From IMG/VR virus record IMGVR_UViG_3300044695_006284, positions 34,134 through 98,133 of that record: DNA of 64,000 bases; one strand, written 5' to 3'. The translations under genes and the position numbers were made by a program. Numbering within the stretch: position 1 is the first letter of the stretch; each line of letters opens with the position of its first letter. Below are positions 19,201 to 28,162 of this stretch, piece after piece. The notes beneath the pieces were generated by a model, which was given only the letters and a program-made list of their open reading frames with translations, ran no database searches and was not told the origin of the DNA. The DNA comes from a virus.

Positions 19201-22200
19201 AGCTATATGCAGCAGTAGATGCTGCAAATAGTGGATATAGTTTTGGCGGGCAGATCATGAGGGGCACATATGGATATGGAAGAGACAGCGTTCTATCAAT
19301 ATGGGCAAAACTAGTTAACTCTAAAGATTATCCAACTGTAATTAAAGCAGCAACAGTTGCTTCTGATGCTGCCATATTATCACAGCTTACTGGCATGGAT
19401 ATTAAAGATGCCACAAAAAGAGTTTCTTCAGATTATGATGAAGCAATAGAGTATGCTAAAAAAGCAGCAAATCAAAATGGAACAAGGAAAACAGACGAGT
19501 TTGTAAAAGCAAGAACAGCTCAGCTTATTAGATTAAGCAAAGAGTTTCCAGGTGCAAATTTAATTTTAGATGAATATTCAAGTAAAAATAAGTACAATCA
19601 AAAGGCAAAAGCATCTCGTATGAAAGCTATATCTCCTGAGACATACGCAGGAACAATGAAAGCTGTAATTAATGATTTAATAAAAGATGGAGTTTTAACT
19701 CAACGCCAAGCAAATAAAGTTTTTGGAATTTTAGGAGACGCAACAGATTTTTACGATCCAATTTCTAAATCTCACACTATAACTGCAAAAAGAACTGCTT
19801 CAATATTTAATGCAGGGGAACTTCAGGACCTACTTGTTGAAGGAGGAATGTCAAAAGCCGAAGCAGCAAAATTTGCCGATGTTACTGGGGTTAGATCAAA
19901 TAATTTTGTTGGTCAATCTACTGGGCTTGCAAAATCATTTAACTCGATGGGCAACTGGTTACAGCGACGTACAGATGGTACTTTTATAGATGAAGTTTCA
20001 CCATTTCAAGACGAAGCAAAGAGCAATTTTATATCAGGAATTAAAAAACTTAAAGATAAGTTGGGAATTAAAGGACCCGCAACAATGGAGGAAATTATTA
20101 GACAGCTGACCCTGCAGAGAATAAAATCTGCATCGGGATTTAACTCTAAAATGATTACAACAGTTGCTGGAAGGTTGCGCCACATCTCGTTTGCAAAACC
20201 AGCACTAGGCCCGCTTGCTGGATCATTTAATAAAGGCGGTATGATTCCAGGCGGATCTATATCTAGAGGTAGATCAAATTATGGAAATATTGCTCCTGCC
20301 TTAAGATTGCTTGCACCAGATAAACAATTAAAGATTTTAGCAAAGGCAAGAGAATTAAGCTCAAGAGGATCGCTAGGTAAATTTGCTGATATGCCAGTAA
20401 CTGAATATGGGCATCAAATTTCTGCAAGCACAGGAATGAGTTATCCAGTACCTGGTGTATCTGGATTGTATAAGGTCGGTAACAAAAAAGTTTTTGTTAA
20501 AGGTGTTCCTAATGAATTAACTGCCGTCCATGAGCCAATTGGCACTCAAATTACAAGAGATCTTTTTGGAATACATTCTCCAGTACAAACAGCTAGAACA
20601 GTTGCAAATCCAGTAGATCCATCAAAAAAAACCAAGCTCCTTGCTTTAGAATCAGATTATGATCCAAGATTTGCAAACACTAATGTGCCATGGGATGAAG
20701 ATACAATTCTTAGACAGCTTGCTAATTCTCTTCTTTTAAACAACAAAGATTTATCTAGAGCAAACGTGTATGGTAATTTTAATCCAGATGTCGGACAAGC
20801 TGGAGTATTACCTAAAGCATCTGGTAATACACGTCTGGCAACAGCTGATGAAATGAACTCTATGGAAAAGCAAGCACTGATTAATCTACTTGCCGTTAAA
20901 GGTGGAGCAAGAAAAGATTTTGCACGTGACACTGCCCCAATAATTGCTAAGATGAGCCCGAAAAAATATGGTCGACGAATGAAGAAAATATTAGAAGATG
21001 CTCGTCCAAAGTTAGTAAAAATAATAAATGGTTTACCTGAAGATCTTAGACCTCCTTATCAAGCAATGCTTAAAAGATTGGATGATGGTATAGAGGTTGA
21101 TTGGAGTCAATATCATGCCGTGCATGCTAATCCAAAGTATCTTAATGCTGGAGGACCAGTTGGTGGCGGTCCAATCAGACGAGGAAGATATGCTTACGGT
21201 CCTAAAAAAGATGGATCACGCAGACCAGGTAACCCAGCAAAAGCAGCTGCTTGGGATGCAAAGCAACGTGAGCAAAGAGAAAGAGACTTGGCTGCAGAAA
21301 GATCTAGAGCGGCATCTCATCAGATTCAAGGTCAGCAAGCACTTACAACAGGACTTGGCAGAGAGGCAGCAAGAACTGGAACAACAAGTTTTTACAATCC
21401 AGGCTCATTAATATTTCCTCAAATTGGGGCTCAGATAAGAGCATCGTTATCTTATATGTCAAATTCAGTTATAAAAGGATCTGTTCGATTAAATCTTGAG
21501 TTATTAGCGGCAGCTAATAAAACTGCAAATGTTTATAATAGAGCGTCATCTATTGTAACAACTTTTGCAAATAAAGCGCAAGCTTCTATATCATCAATAG
21601 CAAACAGCGTAACAAACTTTGGAGCAAGTAAAATAAATGCAATTGTTAGAGCACAAAATGCATTTGCTGCTAATAATTATCCAGTAGGACAAGCACCAGC
21701 ACAAGGATTCTTTGGTCCAGGAATGATTGGAAGGTATAAAGACCTTGGAGATGGAATACAGTCTAGAAAAGTTGGTGTATTAGGAGCAAGAAGAACAGAA
21801 TATCTAGTTGATGGTGTAACCATGAGTGCTAAGCAGGCACGACAAGCTGGAGTATCTATACCTCAAAGAGCAAACGGAATGAGCGTAGGTGCTCAAATGG
21901 GAATTGGTATGGCTGGATCAATGGGTGGAATGGCATTGATGGGCAAAGAAAAAGTAAATATTTTCGGTAAAGAAACTTCTGGAATGAATGCTGGAATGAT
22001 GTTAATGGGAGCAACTTCCATACTTCCAATGCTTCCATACGTTAAAGCACTTACAGCACTTAAATCTGGAGCATCTTCGGCTAAAGCTGCTATTATGGGA
22101 GTTACTGGTGCAGGGGCAAAGGCAGCACAAGTTGTTGCACAGATAGCAAGATTTGCAAAAGCATTTAGCCTTGTAGGAGTAGTTGCAACAGCAGCATTTG

Positions 22201-25200
22201 GTATATTTAAAATGTATCAAAACTATAAGGATGCTCAGCAAGATGCAACAATGGGTCTTTCTATGACCGCAAGAGCAGCAGAAGAAGCTGGAGTAAAATA
22301 TTTTAACCTTAAAGAAACCATGCAGGGTTATATTGATAAACAAAAGGTTGCTGCAGCAGCAGCAAAGTCTTCAGAATTTAATTCAATCGGAATGCCTGGT
22401 CTCCCTAGATCCATAGAAGATTTAAAGAAGGCTAAGGAAGAGGGCAAGGCTCTAAAGGATTTAATAGAATCATTAAATAGAGCAGATGGAAAGCAAGAAG
22501 CTCAAAGAATAATTAATAATCAAAAGGCGCAAATGGTTGCAGCTGGAATGAGCATTGAAGAAGCAAATAAAAAGATTTATGGAGCTTTAGCAAATAGCAA
22601 CAAGGCTTCCCAATCCTACCAGCTATTAGCAGACGTACAATTTGGATCAATTGTAGATAAAGCTTCCGCAGCATCATTTGCAGTAGGAAACTTGGTAAGT
22701 GTATTAAATAGCACAGACGCTTCAAGTACCCTTGTCGGAAGCGGATTCGAAGGACTAATAAATACATTTGATGAAGCAACAAAGAGCCTTGTTGGAACAA
22801 AAGATGCACTTGGAAATGCTATAGATGATTATGAAGCTTATAAGTTGGTTATGTCTAGTGCGGAAGAACAATTCCCTGGATTTAATGAAGAAATAGGTTC
22901 AGATGCGTATGATAAGTTAAAAGAATCTCAATCCCTATTAGCTGGAATTTCAAACGAGGCAGACAGCATAAAGAGTATATTAGCTAAATGGAAACTGTTT
23001 ACTTCTGGAATAAATCTAGATTTAAAAAACATAGACTCCACACTTGCAATAAAGTTAGCTGGTTTTAGTGAAGCAATTGCTACAGGAATTTCTGACTTAA
23101 CGGCTGCTGCAGATAATTCAACTACATATGGTGCAACAGGCGCAGCATTAAAAAAGATGCAGGGAATAATTTCTGCAAATTCTGCAGCATCTCAAAGAGC
23201 TGCTGCAGCCGAACAAAGATCTTCTCAAGAACAGCTAAAAATTATTTCTAAAAAAATTAAGCTAATCGAGGATGAAAAAAATGCAAAGCTTGATTCCTTA
23301 AGAGCAACTCAAGATGCATCAAATTATGCATTAGAGTTGCAAAAGCTTCAGATTCAATACGCAGATGCTGTTTCTCGTGGAGACATGGCTGCGGCAAATC
23401 AAGCAAAACTTGACATAGATCAGCTAACAATGAATAGACAATCAGACCTTGCTCAAAAAGCAATTGAAGATGCGGCAAAAAAAGCAAAGGAACCTTTAGA
23501 AAAACAAGCACAAGCAATTCAAGATAAGTCTGATAAAAAACAAATAGCTATGGCTAACAACCAGGATAATGCCGCACTTGCAGGTGAAATAACTGCAGCA
23601 ATTCAAAAATTACAGACAACATATAATGATCTTACATCCAGAGCAATTACCGCAACATTCCTTCCAGAAAAACAAAGAGTAGCTGAAGAAGCACAAATTC
23701 AATCAGAGCTGATAGCTTTTCTAAAAGAAATGCAAAAAGCTGGTACTGGATCCACCTTGCTTGCCAAAACAGTAAGAGAGTCTTTCCCAGGTTACTTTGA
23801 TAAAGATGGAAAGCCTTTATCACCTGGCACAACAACTGGTGGATCTCCAACAGGATTTGATAGCAAGGGCAAGCCAATATTCCCAAAGATTACAATACCA
23901 AACTTAGACTCACTAGCTCAGTTTGCTAAAGACCTTAAGTCTGTAGTTACATTAGCCGAAGACATCACTGGTGGAATGAATATAAAAGAGCTTGCAAAAT
24001 CTATTGCTACAAGTCTTCACTACTATAAAACAAGAGAAAATAATATCCCAGGTTCAGGAACTGCAACTTCAATTAAGGCCGCAAACATTGTTGCAAAGGA
24101 TGGAAATGCAGCAGCGAACCAAGCAATGAGAATGACAGACTCTCAAACAAAAAAGTTTACTTTACCAAGTGATCCTACTAGAAAATATTCAGTATTTACA
24201 TATAATTCAAAAACGTATGCTGTAGATCCAATTAGCGGCACAGTCTACAATTTTGATTCAAGCTTAGACATACTAGGGGCTCCCGTTAAAGATAGAAAAA
24301 AGATGGCCACTGGAGGATCAGTTAAACATTTTAATCCAGGTGGAAATGTAAGCGGTCCAGGAACTTCAACATCTGACTCAATTCCTGCAATGCTTTCTGA
24401 CGGTGAGTGGGTAATTAAAGCAGATTCAGTTAAGAAAGCTGAAAAAGAATTTGGGCCTTCATTCTTTAGTGATTTAAATGCTGGCAGATTTGCAAATGGC
24501 GGCAAGGTAAGCAAGATGGGCACAGCAGACTCAATGATTAAAGCAGCAGAGTCCATGATAGGGTATCAGGAAGGAAGAGGCAACGATACTATATTTGGAA
24601 AGTTTGCACAAAAAGCTTATGATCTGCAAACCAGATATATCGCATGGTGCGGTGCTTTTATAAACTGGGCAGCAAAAAAATCTGGAGTAGATTTAGCAAG
24701 TATGATTTGGACTCCTGGAGGAGCTCAATCATTTATGAAGAGCGGCAAGTGGACAACTATGAATCCACGTCGGGGAGATTTAGCCTTTATGGATTTCCCA
24801 GGAGACGGCGTAAATAGAATTTCTCACGTTGGTCTTGTAAGCAATGTTTTAGGAAAGAATTCAGTTTCAACTATAGAAGGAAATACATCAGGATCTGGAA
24901 GCCAAAGAAGCGGCGGAGCCGTGCTTAGAAAAGTAAGACAATACAATTTAAAGAATGCTCCAGTTGTAGGATTTGGAAGACCTTCATATAAGCCAGTAGA
25001 TAACATTAAATATGGATACGGCACACAAGAATACTACAGCGCAGATGATGCTAAATCAGATTATGAAAATGAAAGATACACAGTAAATAGAGGAGACACA
25101 TTATCTAGTATTGCTTCAAAGTACGGAATTACTGTTAACAAATTAATGGAAATGAATCCTCAGCTAAAGGATCCAAAGTATATGGGTGGGTCAAGAATTT

Positions 25201-27578
25201 TTGCAGGTACAAAGGTAAGCATAAAGAAGTTTGCAGAAGGTGGAAAAGTCGTAAACTCATTAACTAATTCTGGAAATTGGATTAGTGGGCCTATAACAGT
25301 ACCAAGACAAAAGAAGCCAGGGGTTCCATATTCAAGATCTGGAAAACCAATAGGAAACCCTTTTGGTCAATATTGGGGAGAGCTTTCTAGATTTATTGGC
25401 CCACGTAGCCCAGGAATGGATATTTGGGGCGGAACAGAAATACCAGGGCTTAAGTTTACTGGAAAGGTTCCACAGCATTCAGACTACATGCATCAGATGC
25501 TTGAGCAGCCACGTAAGCCGTTTGCAAGCCCAGGAATGGGTATAGATAGAGATCCAATGCGATATGCAGGCTCTGGCGCCTCTATGGGCGGCATTGGCAA
25601 TGGAGCATACGGACTTGGCCCATTAATGTTCCATGCTGGCGGTCCAGTAGGGCACACTCATTCAAGCGCACCTCATGACCTAGGTATGAGATCGTTTGGT
25701 TTAAGCAGAAAGCAAACCGAAGCTGAGAAGATGAGACTTCAGCTTACTCCACTTAAGTCTGAAAACCAAAAACAAAAAGCAAGAAAGAACAAAAATCTTT
25801 CATATTATGAATCTAAAATAGATGATCCTATAAATAACTACTCAGAGGGATTTGGTAAAGTATTCACTCGTTCCCCATTCGGACTTCTTGCGCCACTTAC
25901 ATCATTAGCTTCAGATCTTTTGGGTGTTTACTTTCAAGGTAAAACTCCAACATTTGCAAAAGATGGAATTGGAAAAGCTTTAAATCCAACATCTTATGAA
26001 TCAGATGTTTCTAGCTTGATGAAAGCTATGATTCATCCTTTCGGAGAAATTGCAAAGGGAAGCGCAACTAAAGGTGATTGGGCTAATGCAGGATTAAATT
26101 TTGTTCCAGGAGTGGGTGCTCTAAAAGGAGTTAATACACTTCGTGCACGTTCTGCAGCATATAATTTAATAAATAAAGCAACTCTAGATTTACCAACAGA
26201 AGCTAGAGTTAGCCTTATTCCAAACGCTACACTTAGAAGTAATTTTGTGGCTCTTAAAAAAGCAGATAAAGTTGACACACCAGAGTTTGCAAAAGCAAGA
26301 TATGAACTTGCGCTATCTGATGCAATAAGAGCAGCAAGGAGAAATAATTTTACTTCACTACCAGATTTAAAAAATACCACTGCCGCTAATCTTATTGAAG
26401 AAAATAAGAATTTGCCAAAAATTATAGAAGAGTCTATTAAGGTAAACGGAAAAGATTATATTTTTAGGTTTGAAAAAGCAGATATTTTACCTACTGATGC
26501 AAAATACATAGACAAATTTATTGAAGGTTTAAAAGAAGGAAGAGTAACTTCAGAAGGCTTTGGCGCAGGTGGAATGCACCAAGCAGAGATTCTAGATCCT
26601 GTTACTAAAAAACAAATGTCCTGGATAAACTATGATCCAGTTACTGGACACATTAGCTATCGTGGAACACATCCAGAATATAGATGGCTTCATCTTTCAG
26701 AAGCTTTATACAATAAAGCAGTTTCAATTACTAGAATAAAACATTCACCTACTTTAACTGACATGGGAAGGCCATCAGCTCTTCGTATCGGTGGGTTTAT
26801 GGCAGATGATCCTTACTATGGTGCAACTTCAATTACTGGCATAAAGAGCTATCTAGATACACTAATGAAACTTAAAAAGTCTAAGAAAGCAAAGCCATCA
26901 ACTGGAGAGCCAAGGAAAGGTATCGGATCTTGGGAAAATAATCATATAACTGAAACCGTATCCTCTGCACCAGCAACTCCTCGCTACCCCATTGACGAAT
27001 TTAATGATCGAAACAGCATAATTGGCTGGCAGTTTGATAGAACTGCTGACCTTGATTCAGCTCTAAGTGCAGCACTTCGCCCAGAAACTATACGGTGGTT
27101 TGGAAGCACATACCGTACATCAGCAAACTTCCCATATGGTCCAGGCGGATATATAGAGCCAGCAGCTTTACCAGAGCTACAAAGAATTATTGAAGCAGAA
27201 AAACTTGCTAGACAGTCGGAGGCTAGCCGTGGCAGTTGGGGTATCATCCGCGGCGACGGATGGGCAAATGGCGGGCTTGTACAAAACTTCTCAAATTCTT
27301 CATTAAAAAATCTAGGTTTACCAATGTTTGAAAATGGAATCAATATGGTTCCTGCAAATATGTTGGCAATGCTTCATAAAGATGAAGCTGTTATTCCAGC
27401 TAACATGAATCCATTTAATCCAAATGCTACGGCGGCAGCATCAGGATCAGTATATAATATTAATGTAGAATTAAATGGAACAAACGTGACAGCAAAAGAT
27501 GTTGCACTAGAAATACGTAATGAAATGAGATTAAAAGAAATGGCAGCTGGAGTAAATAGAATGGTAGGCAAGCAATGA
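16242..27578 (+). CDS. Giant tape measure protein (3778 aa) with inserted kinase-like, CHAP, LysM and GNAT-like domains
   Basis: TP901-type core (FREADQELVRLTKVYG...GINASEGANALKSGL), hydrophobic segments, coiled coils, GPGTSTSDSIPAMLSDGE motif; follows the chaperones. Confidence 0.93.
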   Translation: MADEQIVTSIVAKADLSSLVSEVHRASSSLQQLQRELLASNRAISASTKLANNLFRDTLTGSGQFSSHFVNLNSDVDKFGKNLDSGRLKLKNYFQTFREHATTQKGMIRELAKEQVMLQNSVLQPLGRNAQGLMQYNVMIPRGLDAVKNSAQLARMELQIMNRALSEGAGSLINWGKNTQWAGRQLTVGLTVPLTMFGAAAGKAFREADQELVRLTKVYGGLAATSAADLKAIREEVVQTAKSLSQTMGASFKDTIALGADIAATGKMGNELLGSIEETTRLAILGEVDRQDAMKATLSIQTAFKQNTQQLTESINFLNAVENQTSTTLNDLVEAIPKAGPVIQQLGGSIEDLALYMTAMREGGINASEGANALKSGLASLINPTKQTVGIMSDFGIDVMGMVAKNTGDTTGMLLDLQKALNTLDPLSKARALEQMFGKFQFARMSALLNNLGKEGSQTLQVMDLMKASTSDLAGIAERELGMITESASGKYRRAMESLKAQLADVGDEFLGVATKLINAASKILEFFTNLPSPIKKALTFMAGFTALVGPLIMLTGVLANFFGYITKGIVQLRSFFMKANGWKMLTPEIIAAQKAAEMVENAFYSDAAAAQVLHNALQKLVLDYQNLQAASMKNAVPVNAGVSTVAGNTIVAPAHGRRVVDPDDPYVGDPNTRAMSHIRPRDPNNPATLFGGVPGAIPVNRGISRTPQIYMHDRLPNVEGLTSVKGISTGIVAPEAAKFHALMATLGMQTEQEIAALKKTIAMGGTVSRELLDTFDDILPITQRFADSAATQSALIVQQMRNAEITVDQAKARILALNAQIEADMGSAVSMYAAGRGRTIDLTRAPMMDQPVVDANGQFTLRDLYKKKTNAAVMEEFGRVRGVRTFGAPYSIQTTRMPKFNIGGEVESFGPNKTVVSGPSSVNYDDRLGSVPLGGYVLNQQAAMDPANAPLVAMAPSTYLNDGGNITAALTPREVVFGPQIQRMPELYAAVDAANSGYSFGGQIMRGTYGYGRDSVLSIWAKLVNSKDYPTVIKAATVASDAAILSQLTGMDIKDATKRVSSDYDEAIEYAKKAANQNGTRKTDEFVKARTAQLIRLSKEFPGANLILDEYSSKNKYNQKAKASRMKAISPETYAGTMKAVINDLIKDGVLTQRQANKVFGILGDATDFYDPISKSHTITAKRTASIFNAGELQDLLVEGGMSKAEAAKFADVTGVRSNNFVGQSTGLAKSFNSMGNWLQRRTDGTFIDEVSPFQDEAKSNFISGIKKLKDKLGIKGPATMEEIIRQLTLQRIKSASGFNSKMITTVAGRLRHISFAKPALGPLAGSFNKGGMIPGGSISRGRSNYGNIAPALRLLAPDKQLKILAKARELSSRGSLGKFADMPVTEYGHQISASTGMSYPVPGVSGLYKVGNKKVFVKGVPNELTAVHEPIGTQITRDLFGIHSPVQTARTVANPVDPSKKTKLLALESDYDPRFANTNVPWDEDTILRQLANSLLLNNKDLSRANVYGNFNPDVGQAGVLPKASGNTRLATADEMNSMEKQALINLLAVKGGARKDFARDTAPIIAKMSPKKYGRRMKKILEDARPKLVKIINGLPEDLRPPYQAMLKRLDDGIEVDWSQYHAVHANPKYLNAGGPVGGGPIRRGRYAYGPKKDGSRRPGNPAKAAAWDAKQREQRERDLAAERSRAASHQIQGQQALTTGLGREAARTGTTSFYNPGSLIFPQIGAQIRASLSYMSNSVIKGSVRLNLELLAAANKTANVYNRASSIVTTFANKAQASISSIANSVTNFGASKINAIVRAQNAFAANNYPVGQAPAQGFFGPGMIGRYKDLGDGIQSRKVGVLGARRTEYLVDGVTMSAKQARQAGVSIPQRANGMSVGAQMGIGMAGSMGGMALMGKEKVNIFGKETSGMNAGMMLMGATSILPMLPYVKALTALKSGASSAKAAIMGVTGAGAKAAQVVAQIARFAKAFSLVGVVATAAFGIFKMYQNYKDAQQDATMGLSMTARAAEEAGVKYFNLKETMQGYIDKQKVAAAAAKSSEFNSIGMPGLPRSIEDLKKAKEEGKALKDLIESLNRADGKQEAQRIINNQKAQMVAAGMSIEEANKKIYGALANSNKASQSYQLLADVQFGSIVDKASAASFAVGNLVSVLNSTDASSTLVGSGFEGLINTFDEATKSLVGTKDALGNAIDDYEAYKLVMSSAEEQFPGFNEEIGSDAYDKLKESQSLLAGISNEADSIKSILAKWKLFTSGINLDLKNIDSTLAIKLAGFSEAIATGISDLTAAADNSTTYGATGAALKKMQGIISANSAASQRAAAAEQRSSQEQLKIISKKIKLIEDEKNAKLDSLRATQDASNYALELQKLQIQYADAVSRGDMAAANQAKLDIDQLTMNRQSDLAQKAIEDAAKKAKEPLEKQAQAIQDKSDKKQIAMANNQDNAALAGEITAAIQKLQTTYNDLTSRAITATFLPEKQRVAEEAQIQSELIAFLKEMQKAGTGSTLLAKTVRESFPGYFDKDGKPLSPGTTTGGSPTGFDSKGKPIFPKITIPNLDSLAQFAKDLKSVVTLAEDITGGMNIKELAKSIATSLHYYKTRENNIPGSGTATSIKAANIVAKDGNAAANQAMRMTDSQTKKFTLPSDPTRKYSVFTYNSKTYAVDPISGTVYNFDSSLDILGAPVKDRKKMATGGSVKHFNPGGNVSGPGTSTSDSIPAMLSDGEWVIKADSVKKAEKEFGPSFFSDLNAGRFANGGKVSKMGTADSMIKAAESMIGYQEGRGNDTIFGKFAQKAYDLQTRYIAWCGAFINWAAKKSGVDLASMIWTPGGAQSFMKSGKWTTMNPRRGDLAFMDFPGDGVNRISHVGLVSNVLGKNSVSTIEGNTSGSGSQRSGGAVLRKVRQYNLKNAPVVGFGRPSYKPVDNIKYGYGTQEYYSADDAKSDYENERYTVNRGDTLSSIASKYGITVNKLMEMNPQLKDPKYMGGSRIFAGTKVSIKKFAEGGKVVNSLTNSGNWISGPITVPRQKKPGVPYSRSGKPIGNPFGQYWGELSRFIGPRSPGMDIWGGTEIPGLKFTGKVPQHSDYMHQMLEQPRKPFASPGMGIDRDPMRYAGSGASMGGIGNGAYGLGPLMFHAGGPVGHTHSSAPHDLGMRSFGLSRKQTEAEKMRLQLTPLKSENQKQKARKNKNLSYYESKIDDPINNYSEGFGKVFTRSPFGLLAPLTSLASDLLGVYFQGKTPTFAKDGIGKALNPTSYESDVSSLMKAMIHPFGEIAKGSATKGDWANAGLNFVPGVGALKGVNTLRARSAAYNLINKATLDLPTEARVSLIPNATLRSNFVALKKADKVDTPEFAKARYELALSDAIRAARRNNFTSLPDLKNTTAANLIEENKNLPKIIEESIKVNGKDYIFRFEKADILPTDAKYIDKFIEGLKEGRVTSEGFGAGGMHQAEILDPVTKKQMSWINYDPVTGHISYRGTHPEYRWLHLSEALYNKAVSITRIKHSPTLTDMGRPSALRIGGFMADDPYYGATSITGIKSYLDTLMKLKKSKKAKPSTGEPRKGIGSWENNHITETVSSAPATPRYPIDEFNDRNSIIGWQFDRTADLDSALSAALRPETIRWFGSTYRTSANFPYGPGGYIEPAALPELQRIIEAEKLARQSEASRGSWGIIRGDGWANGGLVQNFSNSSLKNLGLPMFENGINMVPANMLAMLHKDEAVIPANMNPFNPNATAAASGSVYNINVELNGTNVTAKDVALEIRNEMRLKEMAAGVNRMVGKQ
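20463..21140 (+). other. HipA/PI3K-like kinase-fold domain inside the tape measure protein
   Basis: GLYK...VFVK (beta3 Lys), HE (helix C Glu), LLNNKDLSRAN (catalytic loop), DVG (DFG equivalent). Confidence 0.55.
24535..25229 (+). other. CHAP peptidoglycan hydrolase plus LysM domain inside the tape measure protein
   Basis: AWCGAFINW, SHVGLV, TIEGNT, GFGRP; YTVNRGDTLSSIASKYGITVNKLMEMNP. Confidence 0.9.
26560..26800 (+). other. GNAT-like domain inside the tape measure protein
   Basis: HISYRGTHPEYRWLHLSEALY...IKHSPTLTDMG resembles a phage GNAT pattern; motif A is degenerate. Confidence 0.4.
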
Positions 27579-28162
27579 GTTTTCAAAATCTAAGCAAGGG
27601 TTCAATTTTATATATAGAAGCTCTAGATCCATTTGCGATTAATACAGCAACAAATCAATTTAATTATAAGGGGGCCAATGTTTCTGCTCCTGGTAATACA
27701 TATACGGAATCAGCTGCAAATACAAATGGATTAGCATTTGCAAATGCAGGATCATTAGCATTTAGAAGACTAACAGAGCACAATAGAGATCCTCTTTCAA
27801 TAAATACAGAAAGACGTGAGTCTAGCCAAAGAATGGCAAATGGAACACTTAGAAAATATTTTATTGCAGACAAGCTAAATCTTAGTGTTTCTTGGGAAAT
27901 GGTTCCTTCATTTAGAAATGAAACAGTTGATGGTGCATGGGGAGCAGAAGATATAAAAAATTTTTATGAAAGCTCGGCAGGACGAGGAACGTTTAGAGTT
28001 AAAATTAACCCAACAGTTTTTTCTCCTTCTTTAGTTGAAGGCACAGCCGCACTTTCAGACGATTATACTTACACCATGTCTTTTACATCGTGTGATTTTG
28101 CTGTTATCAAAAGAGGCATCCAGCCGTTTTGGAGCGTTAATATATCTTTGGAGCAAGTATGA
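27575..28162 (+). CDS. Minor tail (distal tail-like) protein
   Basis: Directly after the tape measure gene; RMANGTLRKY, SVNISLEQV. Confidence 0.7.
   Translation: MSFQNLSKGSILYIEALDPFAINTATNQFNYKGANVSAPGNTYTESAANTNGLAFANAGSLAFRRLTEHNRDPLSINTERRESSQRMANGTLRKYFIADKLNLSVSWEMVPSFRNETVDGAWGAEDIKNFYESSAGRGTFRVKINPTVFSPSLVEGTAALSDDYTYTMSFTSCDFAVIKRGIQPFWSVNISLEQV

Noticed and set aside
24535-25229. CHAP-LysM as a separate endolysin gene
   Set aside because: It is in frame within the uninterrupted tape measure ORF with no clear internal RBS; no holin-endolysin cassette was identified in the window.
16242-27578. Inferring a very long tail directly from the 3778-aa length
   Set aside because: Much of the protein appears to be globular cargo, so the usual length-per-residue rule is unreliable here.
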